Shown in pieces: positions 1 to 8,732 of a stretch of 36,653 bases of DNA (position 1 is its first letter; the number at the start of each line of letters is the position of its first letter). Made by a program: the position numbers and the translations under genes. The notes under the pieces were generated by a model. It searched no databases, was not told the DNA's origin, and saw only the letters and a program-made list of their open reading frames with translations. The DNA comes from Sandaracinaceae bacterium (lineage in GTDB: Bacteria; Myxococcota_A; Polyangia; Polyangiales; Sandaracinaceae): positions 1-36,653 of the forward strand of contig JBGAQA010000070.1 in the NCBI GenBank assembly GCA_044220955.1, in the 5' to 3' direction.

Positions 1-1
1 G

Positions 2-1183
2 CTCGAGGCGCTCGGCGCGGGCCGCACCGGGACCATCGCGGAGTACCTCTTCGCCGATGTCTACGGCGTGCTGTCGATGATGCAGAACGATCCGGCCGGC
101 ACCCAGGAGCCCATCCGATGGGGGGCCCGGCTCGCGATCGAGATCATCGACGCCCACGGCGGTGTGAGCGGCGTCGCGCCGATGCTCCTCCGCGATGCGT
201 CGCGCGCCACCATCACCGTCGCGTGCTCTCGCGGTGAGCCTGGGCGAGAGGCCACCGATCAGGTCCAGATCGACGTCCCGACCCTCGACCTGCCCTTTCG
301 TCGGTGTGTGGACGACCCGGCGACGACTCGAACGCATCCTCCTGCGTGGATCCCGGCGCCCGTCGTCCAGCTCGATCCCCGGCTCTTCGTGAGCCCGATC
401 GAGCAAGGCTATCTCGACCGGGCTGCGGGGCTCGCGCCCACCTGGCGGGGCCTGCCCTCGCAGCGGCTGCGGTTCTTCCCGCCCGTCGATCCGCTCCACA
501 CGGCGGAGGTCGCGGACGCCCGCCAGCGCGCGTTCGTCGCGCTGAGCCGTGCGTTCGACCGCCTGACGTACATGAGGCCCGAGGAGCAGCTGCACGTGAT
601 CGGCTGCATGTTCCGATCGAGTACGTACGATCCACCGTTCGTTCCTACCGCGAGCGACTTCGTTACCATCCTCATGCGCGTTCGTGCTGCGCGTGACGCG
701 CTGAGCCCGGCGAACACGGGCTACCGGATAGAGTACTTCCCGGTCGATGCGGACTACCGTCCGCTCGCAGCGCCGATGGGGATTCCCGGCTGGGACGGCT
801 CGCTCTGGGATCAGGTGTCGACTCTTCGGTTGGAGGCGAAGACGATCGAGTTCTACTCGAGCGATCCGACCACTCCGGCCTTGGATCACCAGTACTGGAT
901 GACCGCCCTCTTCCTCAACTGGTTGAGCCTTCCGACGGATCAACGGCCGGTCACCCTGGTCCACGAGGCGTTCCACTACGTCGATGCTGCCGTCGTCGAT
1001 AGCTATGTGCCCTCGGTCACCGCCATCGACGACGTGGACAACTACGAGCGGCTCATCGTCTATCTCGCCGAGATGCACCCCGCGGGTGTGGATCCGGGAC
1101 CATGCTCGCCCCCGGCGGATGGCCCGACGTATCGGTGCTCGCACGGGGACACCGAGCCGCACCCGCTCACCTGTCGCGCCTGA
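2..1183 (+). CDS. Zinc metallopeptidase, aspzincin/M35-like C-terminal domain (5'-truncated by window edge)
   Basis: Frame is open from position 2 (LEALGAGRTGTIAEYLFADVYGVLSM...), so the true start is probably upstream. C-terminus reads TLVHEAFH-YVDAAVVDSY...AIDDVDNYE, resembling the M35 pattern HExxH...TxDxxY...NADNY. Confidence 0.6.
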   Translation, partial: LEALGAGRTGTIAEYLFADVYGVLSMMQNDPAGTQEPIRWGARLAIEIIDAHGGVSGVAPMLLRDASRATITVACSRGEPGREATDQVQIDVPTLDLPFRRCVDDPATTRTHPPAWIPAPVVQLDPRLFVSPIEQGYLDRAAGLAPTWRGLPSQRLRFFPPVDPLHTAEVADARQRAFVALSRAFDRLTYMRPEEQLHVIGCMFRSSTYDPPFVPTASDFVTILMRVRAARDALSPANTGYRIEYFPVDADYRPLAAPMGIPGWDGSLWDQVSTLRLEAKTIEFYSSDPTTPALDHQYWMTALFLNWLSLPTDQRPVTLVHEAFHYVDAAVVDSYVPSVTAIDDVDNYERLIVYLAEMHPAGVDPGPCSPPADGPTYRCSHGDTEPHPLTCRA

Positions 1184-2397
1184 TGGCAGGGCGCCCGAGC
1201 TGGCTGCTCCTCCTTTTGGCATGCGGCTGCGGCGCCGCCGAGCCCGCGCAAGCGACGATCGCTCTGCGTGCTCCCGGGTCGGGACCGCAACTGGCCGTGG
1301 GCGCTCACCACGCCTGCGTCCTCCTCGCCGGCGTCGCATGGTGCTTCGGCGAGAACAACTACGGCCAGCGCGGTGTCGTCGGGCCCGCGGACACTCCGCT
1401 CCCGGTCGCCAACCTCACGGAGCCCGTCATCGACCTCGCGGCGGACGCGACCCGAACATGTGCATGCACGGCCGCGGGCCACGTGTGGTGCTGGGGTCGC
1501 CGCTCGGATCTCACGCTCGCGCCAGGGCAGACCGTGCCGGAGGGACCGATCGCTCCCGTGCCGGTTCCGCCGTGCGCCAGCGTCCGTGTCGATCACGGGG
1601 CGTGCGTGCTCGATCGAGACGGTGGCGTGTCGTGCTGGCCCGGATACCTGGGCACGCAGACGCTCGATGGCCTCGTGCCCATGCCTGCGAGGCTGCCGGT
1701 GCAGCCCGGGACGCCCGAGGATCCGACGTGGACGACCGCGCCTCCGCGGCCGATCCCCCTCCCCCGCCCTGCGGTCGAGATCGGCATTGGCATGTACCAC
1801 GGCTGCGCGGTGCTGGATGACGGTAGCGTGGCGTGCTGGGGCCAGAACGCCTTCGGTCAGCTCACGGACGGCCGGCTCGACGGCGTGGTCGTCCATGCTG
1901 CGCCCCGGGCCTTCCCGCCGGAGGCCACCCAGGCCATCGCCGCGGGCTACATGGGGACGTGTCTCGTGGTGGGCGGCAGGGTGTACTGCTGGGGAATGAT
2001 CTACCTCCCGGGCGCGCGACACTGCGCCGCGCTTCTTTCCGAGTGGCGCGACTTCGCGCCGCAGGAGTCCCTGTCGATCATGCCAGCACCATGTCGTCCC
2101 GGGTTCGCAGCGGTGCCACGCCTCAGGAACGCACGCCTCGTCTCCGTCGGCAGTCGTCGCGCCTGCGTGATCGACACCCGGGACGATCTGCTCTGCTGGG
2201 ACTCGGAGGAGCCGGTGCCCGCCGTCGTCGCCCAAGAGGTGGTCGCGATCGACATGGACCTCTTCAGCGGCTGCGTGATCAATCGAGCCGGCGAAGTGCT
2301 CTGCTGGGGCATGCGCGTCGAGGGCATGACGATTCCAGACGAGCCGCCGGGGGCGCGCGTCGCCCACATCGTTGGCGACCGGGTCGAGCCCGGGTGA
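1183..2397 (+). CDS. RCC1/BLIP-II-like beta-propeller lipoprotein (paralog A)
   Basis: ATG at 1183 overlaps the upstream TGA (TGATG). Signal MAGRPSWLLLLLACGC. RCC1-type repeats LAVGAHHACVL..G.AWCFGENNYGQ.G and IGIGMYHGCAVLDDGSVACWGQNAFGQL. Confidence 0.85.
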   Translation: MAGRPSWLLLLLACGCGAAEPAQATIALRAPGSGPQLAVGAHHACVLLAGVAWCFGENNYGQRGVVGPADTPLPVANLTEPVIDLAADATRTCACTAAGHVWCWGRRSDLTLAPGQTVPEGPIAPVPVPPCASVRVDHGACVLDRDGGVSCWPGYLGTQTLDGLVPMPARLPVQPGTPEDPTWTTAPPRPIPLPRPAVEIGIGMYHGCAVLDDGSVACWGQNAFGQLTDGRLDGVVVHAAPRAFPPEATQAIAAGYMGTCLVVGGRVYCWGMIYLPGARHCAALLSEWRDFAPQESLSIMPAPCRPGFAAVPRLRNARLVSVGSRRACVIDTRDDLLCWDSEEPVPAVVAQEVVAIDMDLFSGCVINRAGEVLCWGMRVEGMTIPDEPPGARVAHIVGDRVEPG

Positions 2398-2474
2398 CCC
2401 GGGCGCGAGCCCAGCCGCTCGTCGCAGAGCCCGACGCTGCCACGTGGCGCGATGGGCGGGCGCGTGAGGTCACC

Positions 2475-3755
2475 ATGAACGCCCGCGCTCACCGTCTCGC
2501 CATCCCGCTCGTGGTCGCGACGCTCTCGCTCCTCCTCTTGGCGTCCGGCTGCGGCGGCGCCGAGCCCGCGCGTGGCGCCGCCGAGCCCGCGCGTGCGGCG
2601 ACGCTCACCGTGCGGCCGGCGCGGCCGGAGCCGCAGCTCGCCGTCGGCTGGAGTCACGTGTGCGTGCTGGTCGGTGGCGTCGCATGGTGCCTGGGGGACG
2701 ACACCTACGGCCAGCGCGGTGTCGCCGGGCCTGCGGACACGCCGCTCCCGGTCGCCAACCTCGCGGAGCCCGTCATCGACCTCGCGGCGGACGGGACGCG
2801 AACGTGTGCGTGTACCACCGCGGGGCACGTCTGGTGCTGGGGCCGCCACTCGGATCTACAGCTCGCGCCGGGAGAGGCCGTGCCGGAGGGACCGATTGCG
2901 GCCGTACCGGTTCCGCCGTGCGCCAGCGTGCGCGTCGATCACGGGGCCTGTTCGCTTGGGCGGGACGGCAGTGTGTGGTGCTGGGCTGGATACTCGGAGA
3001 CCCAGACTCTTGCTGGCCCCGTGGCCATGCCACAAGAGCAGGTCCCCGTTCCCGCATCGACCGACGCGCCGTACGATCCGACGTGGATGCGGTCGCCGCC
3101 CACGCGTGTCCCGCTCCCGGGCCCGGCGATCGAGCTCGCGCGCGGCGCCTACCATGGCTGCGCGGTGCTCGGCGACAGGAGCGTGGTCTGCTGGGGCCAG
3201 AACGCGTGGGGCCAGCTGACCGATGGGCCGCTCGATGGCGTCGTGGTGCGTGCGGCGCTCCAGACGGGCCTGGCGATCCACGCGGACGGGATCGACGCGA
3301 CGGACGAGGCGACGTGCGTGATCGGCAGAGGTGAGGTCGCGTGCTGGGGCATGATCGACTTCCTCGGCGAGCGTCGCTGCCGCGCTACGCTCTGCCAGAG
3401 CCCCGAGTGCGGGATGATGAACCCGCAGAGCACGCCGATCCTCCCAGCCCCGTGCCGGCCGGCGCCGTGGGTCGTCCCTGGGCTCGCCGACGCTCGGTTC
3501 GTGTCCGTCTCCGCTCGTCGCGCGTGCGCGATCAGTGGCACGAACGACCTGCTCTGCTGGGACGCGGAGGATCCGGTCGCGACCGTGGTCGCGCACGACA
3601 TCGTCGCGATCGAGATGGACGGTGGTGGTTGCGTGATCGACACCACGGGTCAGGTGTCGTGCTGGGGCCTGCGAATCGAGGGGTTCACGTTCCCGGACAC
3701 GCCGCCGGGCATTCCGGTGGCACATATCGTCGGCGACCACGTCGAGGGTGGTTGA
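2475..3755 (+). CDS. RCC1/BLIP-II-like beta-propeller lipoprotein (paralog B)
   Basis: GAGGT RBS before ATG 2475. Signal ends LLLASGC. Same RCC1 repeats, collinear with paralog A over the whole mature protein. Confidence 0.85.
   Translation: MNARAHRLAIPLVVATLSLLLLASGCGGAEPARGAAEPARAATLTVRPARPEPQLAVGWSHVCVLVGGVAWCLGDDTYGQRGVAGPADTPLPVANLAEPVIDLAADGTRTCACTTAGHVWCWGRHSDLQLAPGEAVPEGPIAAVPVPPCASVRVDHGACSLGRDGSVWCWAGYSETQTLAGPVAMPQEQVPVPASTDAPYDPTWMRSPPTRVPLPGPAIELARGAYHGCAVLGDRSVVCWGQNAWGQLTDGPLDGVVVRAALQTGLAIHADGIDATDEATCVIGRGEVACWGMIDFLGERRCRATLCQSPECGMMNPQSTPILPAPCRPAPWVVPGLADARFVSVSARRACAISGTNDLLCWDAEDPVATVVAHDIVAIEMDGGGCVIDTTGQVSCWGLRIEGFTFPDTPPGIPVAHIVGDHVEGG
2558..2595 (+). repeat. In-frame direct duplication (17-nt identical core, 21-nt period) adding a second AEPAR after the lipobox
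   Basis: cgccgagcccgcgcgtg at 2558-2574 and 2579-2595; paralog A has only one GAAEPAQ. Confidence 0.8.
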
Positions 3756-3792
3756 CGGAAGCGAACGGGCGCCGGGCCAGCGCTGCTGGAGC

Positions 3793-4554
3793 TCACAGCG
3801 GCGAGATCGGGCAGCTCACGCCGGTGCCGCCGTGGCCGCAGTAGCCGTCCGGGTTCTTCGCGAGGTACTGCTGGTGGTAGTCCTCGGCGAAGTAGAAGGG
3901 CCCGGCGTCGGCGACCTCGGTCGTGATGTGGCCGAAGCCCGCGGCGCGCAGGCGCCCCTGGTAGTCGGCGATCGCGTGGTCGGCGAGCGCGCGCTGCGCG
4001 GGGCTCGTCGTGTAGATCGCCGAGCGGTACTGGGTACCGACGTCGTTGCCCTGCCGCATGCCCTGCGTCGGGTCGTGGCCCTCGAAGAACGCGGTGAGCA
4101 GCGCCGCGTAGCTCGTCCGCGCCGGGTCGAAGATCACGCGCACCGTCTCGGCGTGGCCCGTCAGGCCGCTCGAGACCTCCTCGTACGTCGGGTTCGGCGT
4201 GTAGCCGCCCGCGTAGCCGACCGCCGTCGACACGACGCCGGGGAGCGACCAGAAGCGTCGCTCGGCGCCCCAGAAACAGCCCATCGCGAAGTACGCCGTC
4301 TCGGTCTCCGGCGCGAACGGACCCATCAGCGGCGTGCCGAAGACGAAGTGGATGTCGGCCGTCGGGATGGCCGTCCTGCGCCCGGGCAGCGCGTCGCTGC
4401 GCGAGACCATGTCGGTGCCGTGGCCCTGTGCGCGCACGCCGCAGGCGACCGCGACGAGAGCGGCGACCGAGAGCGCGGCCACGAGCACGGCGAACCAGCG
4501 ACCCTCGCGGCGGCGGAGGGCGCGCGCGTCGTCATCGAGCGTGTCGGGCGTCAT
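3793..4554 (-). CDS. msrA: Peptide-methionine (S)-S-oxide reductase MsrA with hydrophobic N-terminal extension
   Basis: GCFWG catalytic motif, [50 protein letters not shown] and two C-terminal Cys (GYCG...SCP). ATG 4554 chosen; an alternative internal ATG at 4410 gives [11 protein letters not shown]. Confidence 0.95.
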   Translation of the reverse strand: MTPDTLDDDARALRRREGRWFAVLVAALSVAALVAVACGVRAQGHGTDMVSRSDALPGRRTAIPTADIHFVFGTPLMGPFAPETETAYFAMGCFWGAERRFWSLPGVVSTAVGYAGGYTPNPTYEEVSSGLTGHAETVRVIFDPARTSYAALLTAFFEGHDPTQGMRQGNDVGTQYRSAIYTTSPAQRALADHAIADYQGRLRAAGFGHITTEVADAGPFYFAEDYHQQYLAKNPDGYCGHGGTGVSCPISPL

Positions 4555-4585
4555 GGGAGCCTGTTCGCGAGCGGGCCCGGCGGCG

Positions 4586-5740
4586 TTACATGAACGCGTC
4601 GACGCCGGCGTCCGTGCCGGTCCCGCCGGCATCGCCGGTGGCCGCATCGTCGCCCGCGCCCGCATCGACGCCCGCGCCCGCATCGACGCCCGCGCCCGCA
4701 TCGACGCCCGCGCCCGCATCGACGCCCACGTCGGCGGCGCCGGCGTCCCGGCTGCCCGCGTCGAGCGGGACCACGGCCCCCGCGTCCACGCCGTCGTCGT
4801 ACACGAACGCGGTCACGCTCTCGAAGATCAAGGTCGAGCTGACCTGCGTGCAGCGGCCGCTCATGGGATCGGGCGCGAGGTCCGCGTTGCCGTTTAGGAG
4901 CGCGGCGACGGCGCCCATCAGCCGCGCCGGGATGGTCAGGCCCATCGCGATGGTCGTCATCTCCTGGATGGAGATGCCGCCGCCGAGCTTGCCCGTCCAC
5001 ACGCCGTCGTCGTGGATCTCGATGTGCATGAAGCCCGCCTGGATGTGGAGCGTGAAGCGCGCGTCGAGGATCGCGACGGGCACGGTGAGCGGCACCGGGC
5101 CGACGTCCACGACGCCGTTCACGATGCGGGCGTTCGGGATGAGCGTCTGCTCGCCGCCGGCGGCGGCGTCGAAGGTCTGGCCGATCTCGACGAGGCCGTC
5201 GGTGCCGAGCGAGGGCGTCCCGACGAGGGGTCGGGTCCGAATCGTCACGCAGTCGTCGTTCATCTCGTCGTCGACGCCGAGCAGCTCGATCCCGAGCAGC
5301 AGCTGCCCGTCGTTGATCGCCGTCGAGAGGATCGAGTCGAGCGTGACGCCCCCGGCCTGCGACTCGATGATGGGAACGAGCGTGGCGATCTGGTTGTCGA
5401 TCCCGGGCACGCCGGAGGGTGAGGTGAAGTCGGCGTGGCGGCAGCCGACCGGGTCGCTGCCGCCGCTCACGTGCCCGTCGAGGTCGAAGCCCTCGCTCAC
5501 GTTCATCGCGGTGCAGCGATCGACGCACGCCATCGGATCGGTCGCGCAGGCCGGCGGGTTGCAGTCGGCGTCGGTGGCGCACTCGGTGTGATCGGGACAC
5601 TGCCGGGGCTGCCGCGCGAAGCGGAGCGTGCGGACGACCGTGCTCTCGACGTGGTCCGACGTGCACGGCGCCCCTCGGGAAGGTGGCGCCGCGCTGCAGC
5701 CGATCGCGAGCACGATCAGCGGAAGTGCCGCCCGCCTCAT
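4586..5740 (-). CDS. Cys-rich lipoprotein of unknown function with C-terminal (GVDAGA)n tail
   Basis: ATG overlaps the DUF1552 stop (ATGA). Signal [21 protein letters not shown]...C...DF.SP.G..GIDNQ segment typical of myxobacterial lipoproteins. Confidence 0.8.
   Translation of the reverse strand: MRRAALPLIVLAIGCSAAPPSRGAPCTSDHVESTVVRTLRFARQPRQCPDHTECATDADCNPPACATDPMACVDRCTAMNVSEGFDLDGHVSGGSDPVGCRHADFTSPSGVPGIDNQIATLVPIIESQAGGVTLDSILSTAINDGQLLLGIELLGVDDEMNDDCVTIRTRPLVGTPSLGTDGLVEIGQTFDAAAGGEQTLIPNARIVNGVVDVGPVPLTVPVAILDARFTLHIQAGFMHIEIHDDGVWTGKLGGGISIQEMTTIAMGLTIPARLMGAVAALLNGNADLAPDPMSGRCTQVSSTLIFESVTAFVYDDGVDAGAVVPLDAGSRDAGAADVGVDAGAGVDAGAGVDAGAGVDAGAGDDAATGDAGGTGTDAGVDAFM
4651..4727. repeat. 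Perfect 18-bp tandem repeat, 4 copies plus 5 nt (encodes GVDAGA)
   Basis: cgcccgcgcccgcatcga at 4651, 4669, 4687 and 4705, followed by cgccc. Confidence 0.95.
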
Positions 5741-7089
5741 GGCAGGATCGCTCCGAGCGTGCTGGTGGTGCGCGCCGCCCCGATGCCGTACGTGTCGACG
5801 TCCTGGATGCCGACCGCCTTGATGAGCGAGAGCGGCACGACGCTCGCGTTGTCGCCGCTCTCGGAGCGGTAGTGGATCCCCGACTGGAGCGCGCCGCACG
5901 CGTTGCCCGCGATCAACATCGGGTAGTCCTCGAGCGAGTGCGTCCGTCCGTAGGAGACGTCCGTCGTGCCGAGGATCGCGCAGCGGTCGAGGAGCCGGGA
6001 CCCACCCTCGGTGATCGACGCGAGCTTCTGCACCATGTACGCGAACTCGCCGACGATGAACGACACGATGCGCGCGACCTGAGGCTGCGGGTCGGCCTCG
6101 TCGTGCGTGAGCTGGTGGTGCCCGGCCGTCGCGTCGAGGAAGAGCGTGTTGTTGACCGGCTGCGTGAACATCTCGAAGAAGGTGCGCGTCTGGTCGCACG
6201 CGAGCGTGACCGCCAGCATGTCCACCATGACGCGGTGGATCGCCTGCATCTGGGGGCGCCCCTCGACGTCGGGGTAGTCGGTCAGGGGCATGTCGGGCCG
6301 TGCGACGCACGCCGGCGCCGTGGGGGCCATCGCCAGCGCGTCGAGCTGCGTCTCGAGCGCGCGGATGCCGTCGAGGTGCTGGTCGAGGCGGCTCTGGTCG
6401 GCCCGACCGACGCGACCACGGACGCGCGCGATCTGGTCTCCGACGCCGTCGAGCACACTCCGACGCAGCCCGATGCGGGGGTCGGGCATCGACGTGTCGC
6501 CAGGCAGGCGGAACTCCGGGCCGAAGATGCGCGAGTAGAGCGCGAACGGATCGACCTCGGGCGGGTTCACCATGTGCGGGCCCGTCATCGACCAGCTGGA
6601 GGTCGAGCGCTCGACGCCGAACTCGATCGAGTGGAAGCGCCGGTCGGTGGCTCCCGGCGTGCGCAGCATCCCGTCGGCGATCACCTGATCGAGGCTCGGA
6701 CCGACGAACGTCGAGTCGACGAGGTCTGCGCCCGAGAAGAGGCCGGCGGGACCCGAGCCGTGAGGCGACGTGTTCGAGGTCAACACGCGCATACCGCTGA
6801 TCACCGTGACGTCGGACTGCACGGGCGCGAGCGGCTGCAGAAGCGGGGGCAGATCGTAGCCGGCGCCCGTCCGGGTCGGGTTCCACTCCTCGGGCAGCAT
6901 CCCGTTGCCCCAGTAGAAGACGCCGAAGACGGTCGGCAGGCCGCCCGGGCAGTCGGCGTAGGCCGTCCCGCTCTCGTTCAGGAAGTACTCGAGCGCCGGC
7001 AGGCCGATCGCGACCGCGCTGCCGCCGACCATGCCCCGCAGGAGCGCGCGGCGGCTGATTCGGTTTCGTCTCGGGAGCCAGGACGCCAT
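5737..7089 (-). CDS. DUF1552 (HXXSHH family) protein, Tat-exported
   Basis: MASWLPRRNRISRRALLRG...IGLPALE is a Tat-like signal. Motifs FYWGNG...W.P, L.PL, GPSLDQVIAD, LDQHLDGIRALE, LACDQTR, GHHQLTH, EGG.RLLD, H...DYP.LIAG. Lies directly downstream of a DUF1592 gene. Confidence 0.88.
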   Translation of the reverse strand: MASWLPRRNRISRRALLRGMVGGSAVAIGLPALEYFLNESGTAYADCPGGLPTVFGVFYWGNGMLPEEWNPTRTGAGYDLPPLLQPLAPVQSDVTVISGMRVLTSNTSPHGSGPAGLFSGADLVDSTFVGPSLDQVIADGMLRTPGATDRRFHSIEFGVERSTSSWSMTGPHMVNPPEVDPFALYSRIFGPEFRLPGDTSMPDPRIGLRRSVLDGVGDQIARVRGRVGRADQSRLDQHLDGIRALETQLDALAMAPTAPACVARPDMPLTDYPDVEGRPQMQAIHRVMVDMLAVTLACDQTRTFFEMFTQPVNNTLFLDATAGHHQLTHDEADPQPQVARIVSFIVGEFAYMVQKLASITEGGSRLLDRCAILGTTDVSYGRTHSLEDYPMLIAGNACGALQSGIHYRSESGDNASVVPLSLIKAVGIQDVDTYGIGAARTTSTLGAILP

Positions 7090-7103
7090 CGTCTTCGTCC
7101 TCG

Positions 7104-8732
7104 TCAGGGGGTCGCGGGCTGGGGAGTGGCGCGGCGGAAGGCCTCGCTGGAGGCGATCTCGCCCATCAGGCGCCGCAGCGAGTAGCCGTGCGACGCGAAG
7201 TCGAGCCAGAGGTCGCGCAGCGCCCCGGCCTCGCCCTCGGTCTCGAGGTGCCCGCTCGCCACGCGGTAGGCCTGCCGGACGATGCACTCGGCGAAGCGCG
7301 GGTCGTCGTGGAGCAGCGCGCCCAGCTCGAGCGCGTCGCGGAAGGGGCGGCCGTCGAGGTTGCCGCTCGCGTCGATCGGCACGTCGTTCTCGAGGTCGCG
7401 GAAGCGCCCGAGCCCGTCGAACGCCTCGAGGCCGAGCCCGAGGTCGTCCATGAGCACGTGACAGCCGGCGCAGTAGGCGACCTCCTGGTGCGCGAGCAGC
7501 CGCGACCGGAGCGTCAGCGCGTCGGGGCTCGGGCCGGGGATGGCCGTGTTCACTCCGACCGGGGGCGCCGGGACGGTCTGGCAGAGCAGGCGCTCGCGGA
7601 TGAACTTTCCGCGCAGCGTCGGCGACGTCGCGATCGGATGCGCGTAGAGCGAGAGGATCGAGATCTGACCGAGGAGCCCCGCGCGCGGCGAGTCGGGCTC
7701 GAAGCTCACCATGCCCCACTCGGTCCGCGGCGCGCGCACGCGGTAGATCGACGCGAGCTTGCGGTTCACGAACGTGACGCGTGTCGTCATCAGCTCGCGC
7801 GCGTCCATGTCCTCGGCGAACACGTGGGCCACGAGGCGCAGCGTCTCCTCGCGCGCGGAGGGGCCGACCTCCGGAGAGATCTGCGTGTAGACCGTCGTGT
7901 CCTTCACGAGATCGTCGAGGCCGGCGAGCCCGAGCCACTCGTAGGCGATCTCGCGCACGCCGTCCTCGGCGCGCGGGTCGGCGAGCATCCGCTCGGCCGC
8001 GGCGCGCACGCCCTCGGCGGTGTCGAGATCGCCTCGACCCGCCGCGTCGAGCAGCTCCTGGTCCGGCGCCGCGTTCCACAGGAAGAACGCGAGGCGTCCC
8101 GCCATCTCGTAGCCGCCGAACGAGCGCTCGCCGGGCGCGCCGGGATCGTCGGTCCCGAGCTCCTCCCGGAACAGGAAGCTCGGCGACTGCAGGAAGTACG
8201 CGATCGCGAACTCGAGCCCGTCGTGGAAGTCCATGAGCTGCGTCCCGGCGTCGGTGGCGACGGCGACGGCCGCGTCGAGCTCCTCGGGGCGGAGGGGGCG
8301 GCGATAGAGGTGCCGTCCGAGGGGCTCGAGCACCGCTCGTGCACAGGCCGCGTCGCTCGGTCCGGACGGCGCGCAAGGCACGAGCGTCGCGCGACGGCTG
8401 GGATCCATGGCCTGGTGAGCGATGCCGTACGCGGCCGACTCGTACTGCGTCACGCCGCGTCGCGAGATGGTCACCGAGCTCGCGTCGATCGAGAGGTAGC
8501 CGGAGTCGTCGACGTCGGGCTCGAGGGCACGGCGTCCGGGGACCGTGATGTCGGTCCCGAGCGCGCTCCGCACGGCGTTCACGTACTGCGCGTAGCTGAG
8601 CCGGCGCAGCGCCGAGGGAGCCGGCGCGAGCGGGCGGTCGGGGGGCTCGTCGGGGCCCGCGAGGCGGCCCTCATCGGCCTGGCACGAGGCGAGGACGACG
8701 ACGAGCGCGAGCCAGTGATGCGCGCGGCTCAT
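7104..8732 (-). CDS. DUF1587/1595/1592/1588/1585 (PSD-domain) lipoprotein with a c-type heme motif
   Basis: Lipobox VLASC. Motifs LRRLSYAQYVNAVR, LYRRPL..EE, LQSPSFLFR.E, YEMAGRLAFFLWN..PD..LL, RAGLLGQ.S, TSPTLRGKFIRERLLC, CAGCH..MD.LG.GLE.FD..GRFR. ATG overlaps the hydrolase stop (ATGA). Confidence 0.9.
   Translation of the reverse strand: MSRAHHWLALVVVLASCQADEGRLAGPDEPPDRPLAPAPSALRRLSYAQYVNAVRSALGTDITVPGRRALEPDVDDSGYLSIDASSVTISRRGVTQYESAAYGIAHQAMDPSRRATLVPCAPSGPSDAACARAVLEPLGRHLYRRPLRPEELDAAVAVATDAGTQLMDFHDGLEFAIAYFLQSPSFLFREELGTDDPGAPGERSFGGYEMAGRLAFFLWNAAPDQELLDAAGRGDLDTAEGVRAAAERMLADPRAEDGVREIAYEWLGLAGLDDLVKDTTVYTQISPEVGPSAREETLRLVAHVFAEDMDARELMTTRVTFVNRKLASIYRVRAPRTEWGMVSFEPDSPRAGLLGQISILSLYAHPIATSPTLRGKFIRERLLCQTVPAPPVGVNTAIPGPSPDALTLRSRLLAHQEVAYCAGCHVLMDDLGLGLEAFDGLGRFRDLENDVPIDASGNLDGRPFRDALELGALLHDDPRFAECIVRQAYRVASGHLETEGEAGALRDLWLDFASHGYSLRRLMGEIASSEAFRRATPQPATP

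Noticed and set aside
1183..3755. Diversity-generating retroelement (TR/VR pair) between the RCC1 paralogs
   Set aside because: Both copies are full genes, differences are not confined to adenines, and no reverse transcriptase is in the window.
4651..4727. CRISPR-like array
   Set aside because: Head-to-tail repeats with no spacers, in frame within a CDS, and no cas genes in the window.
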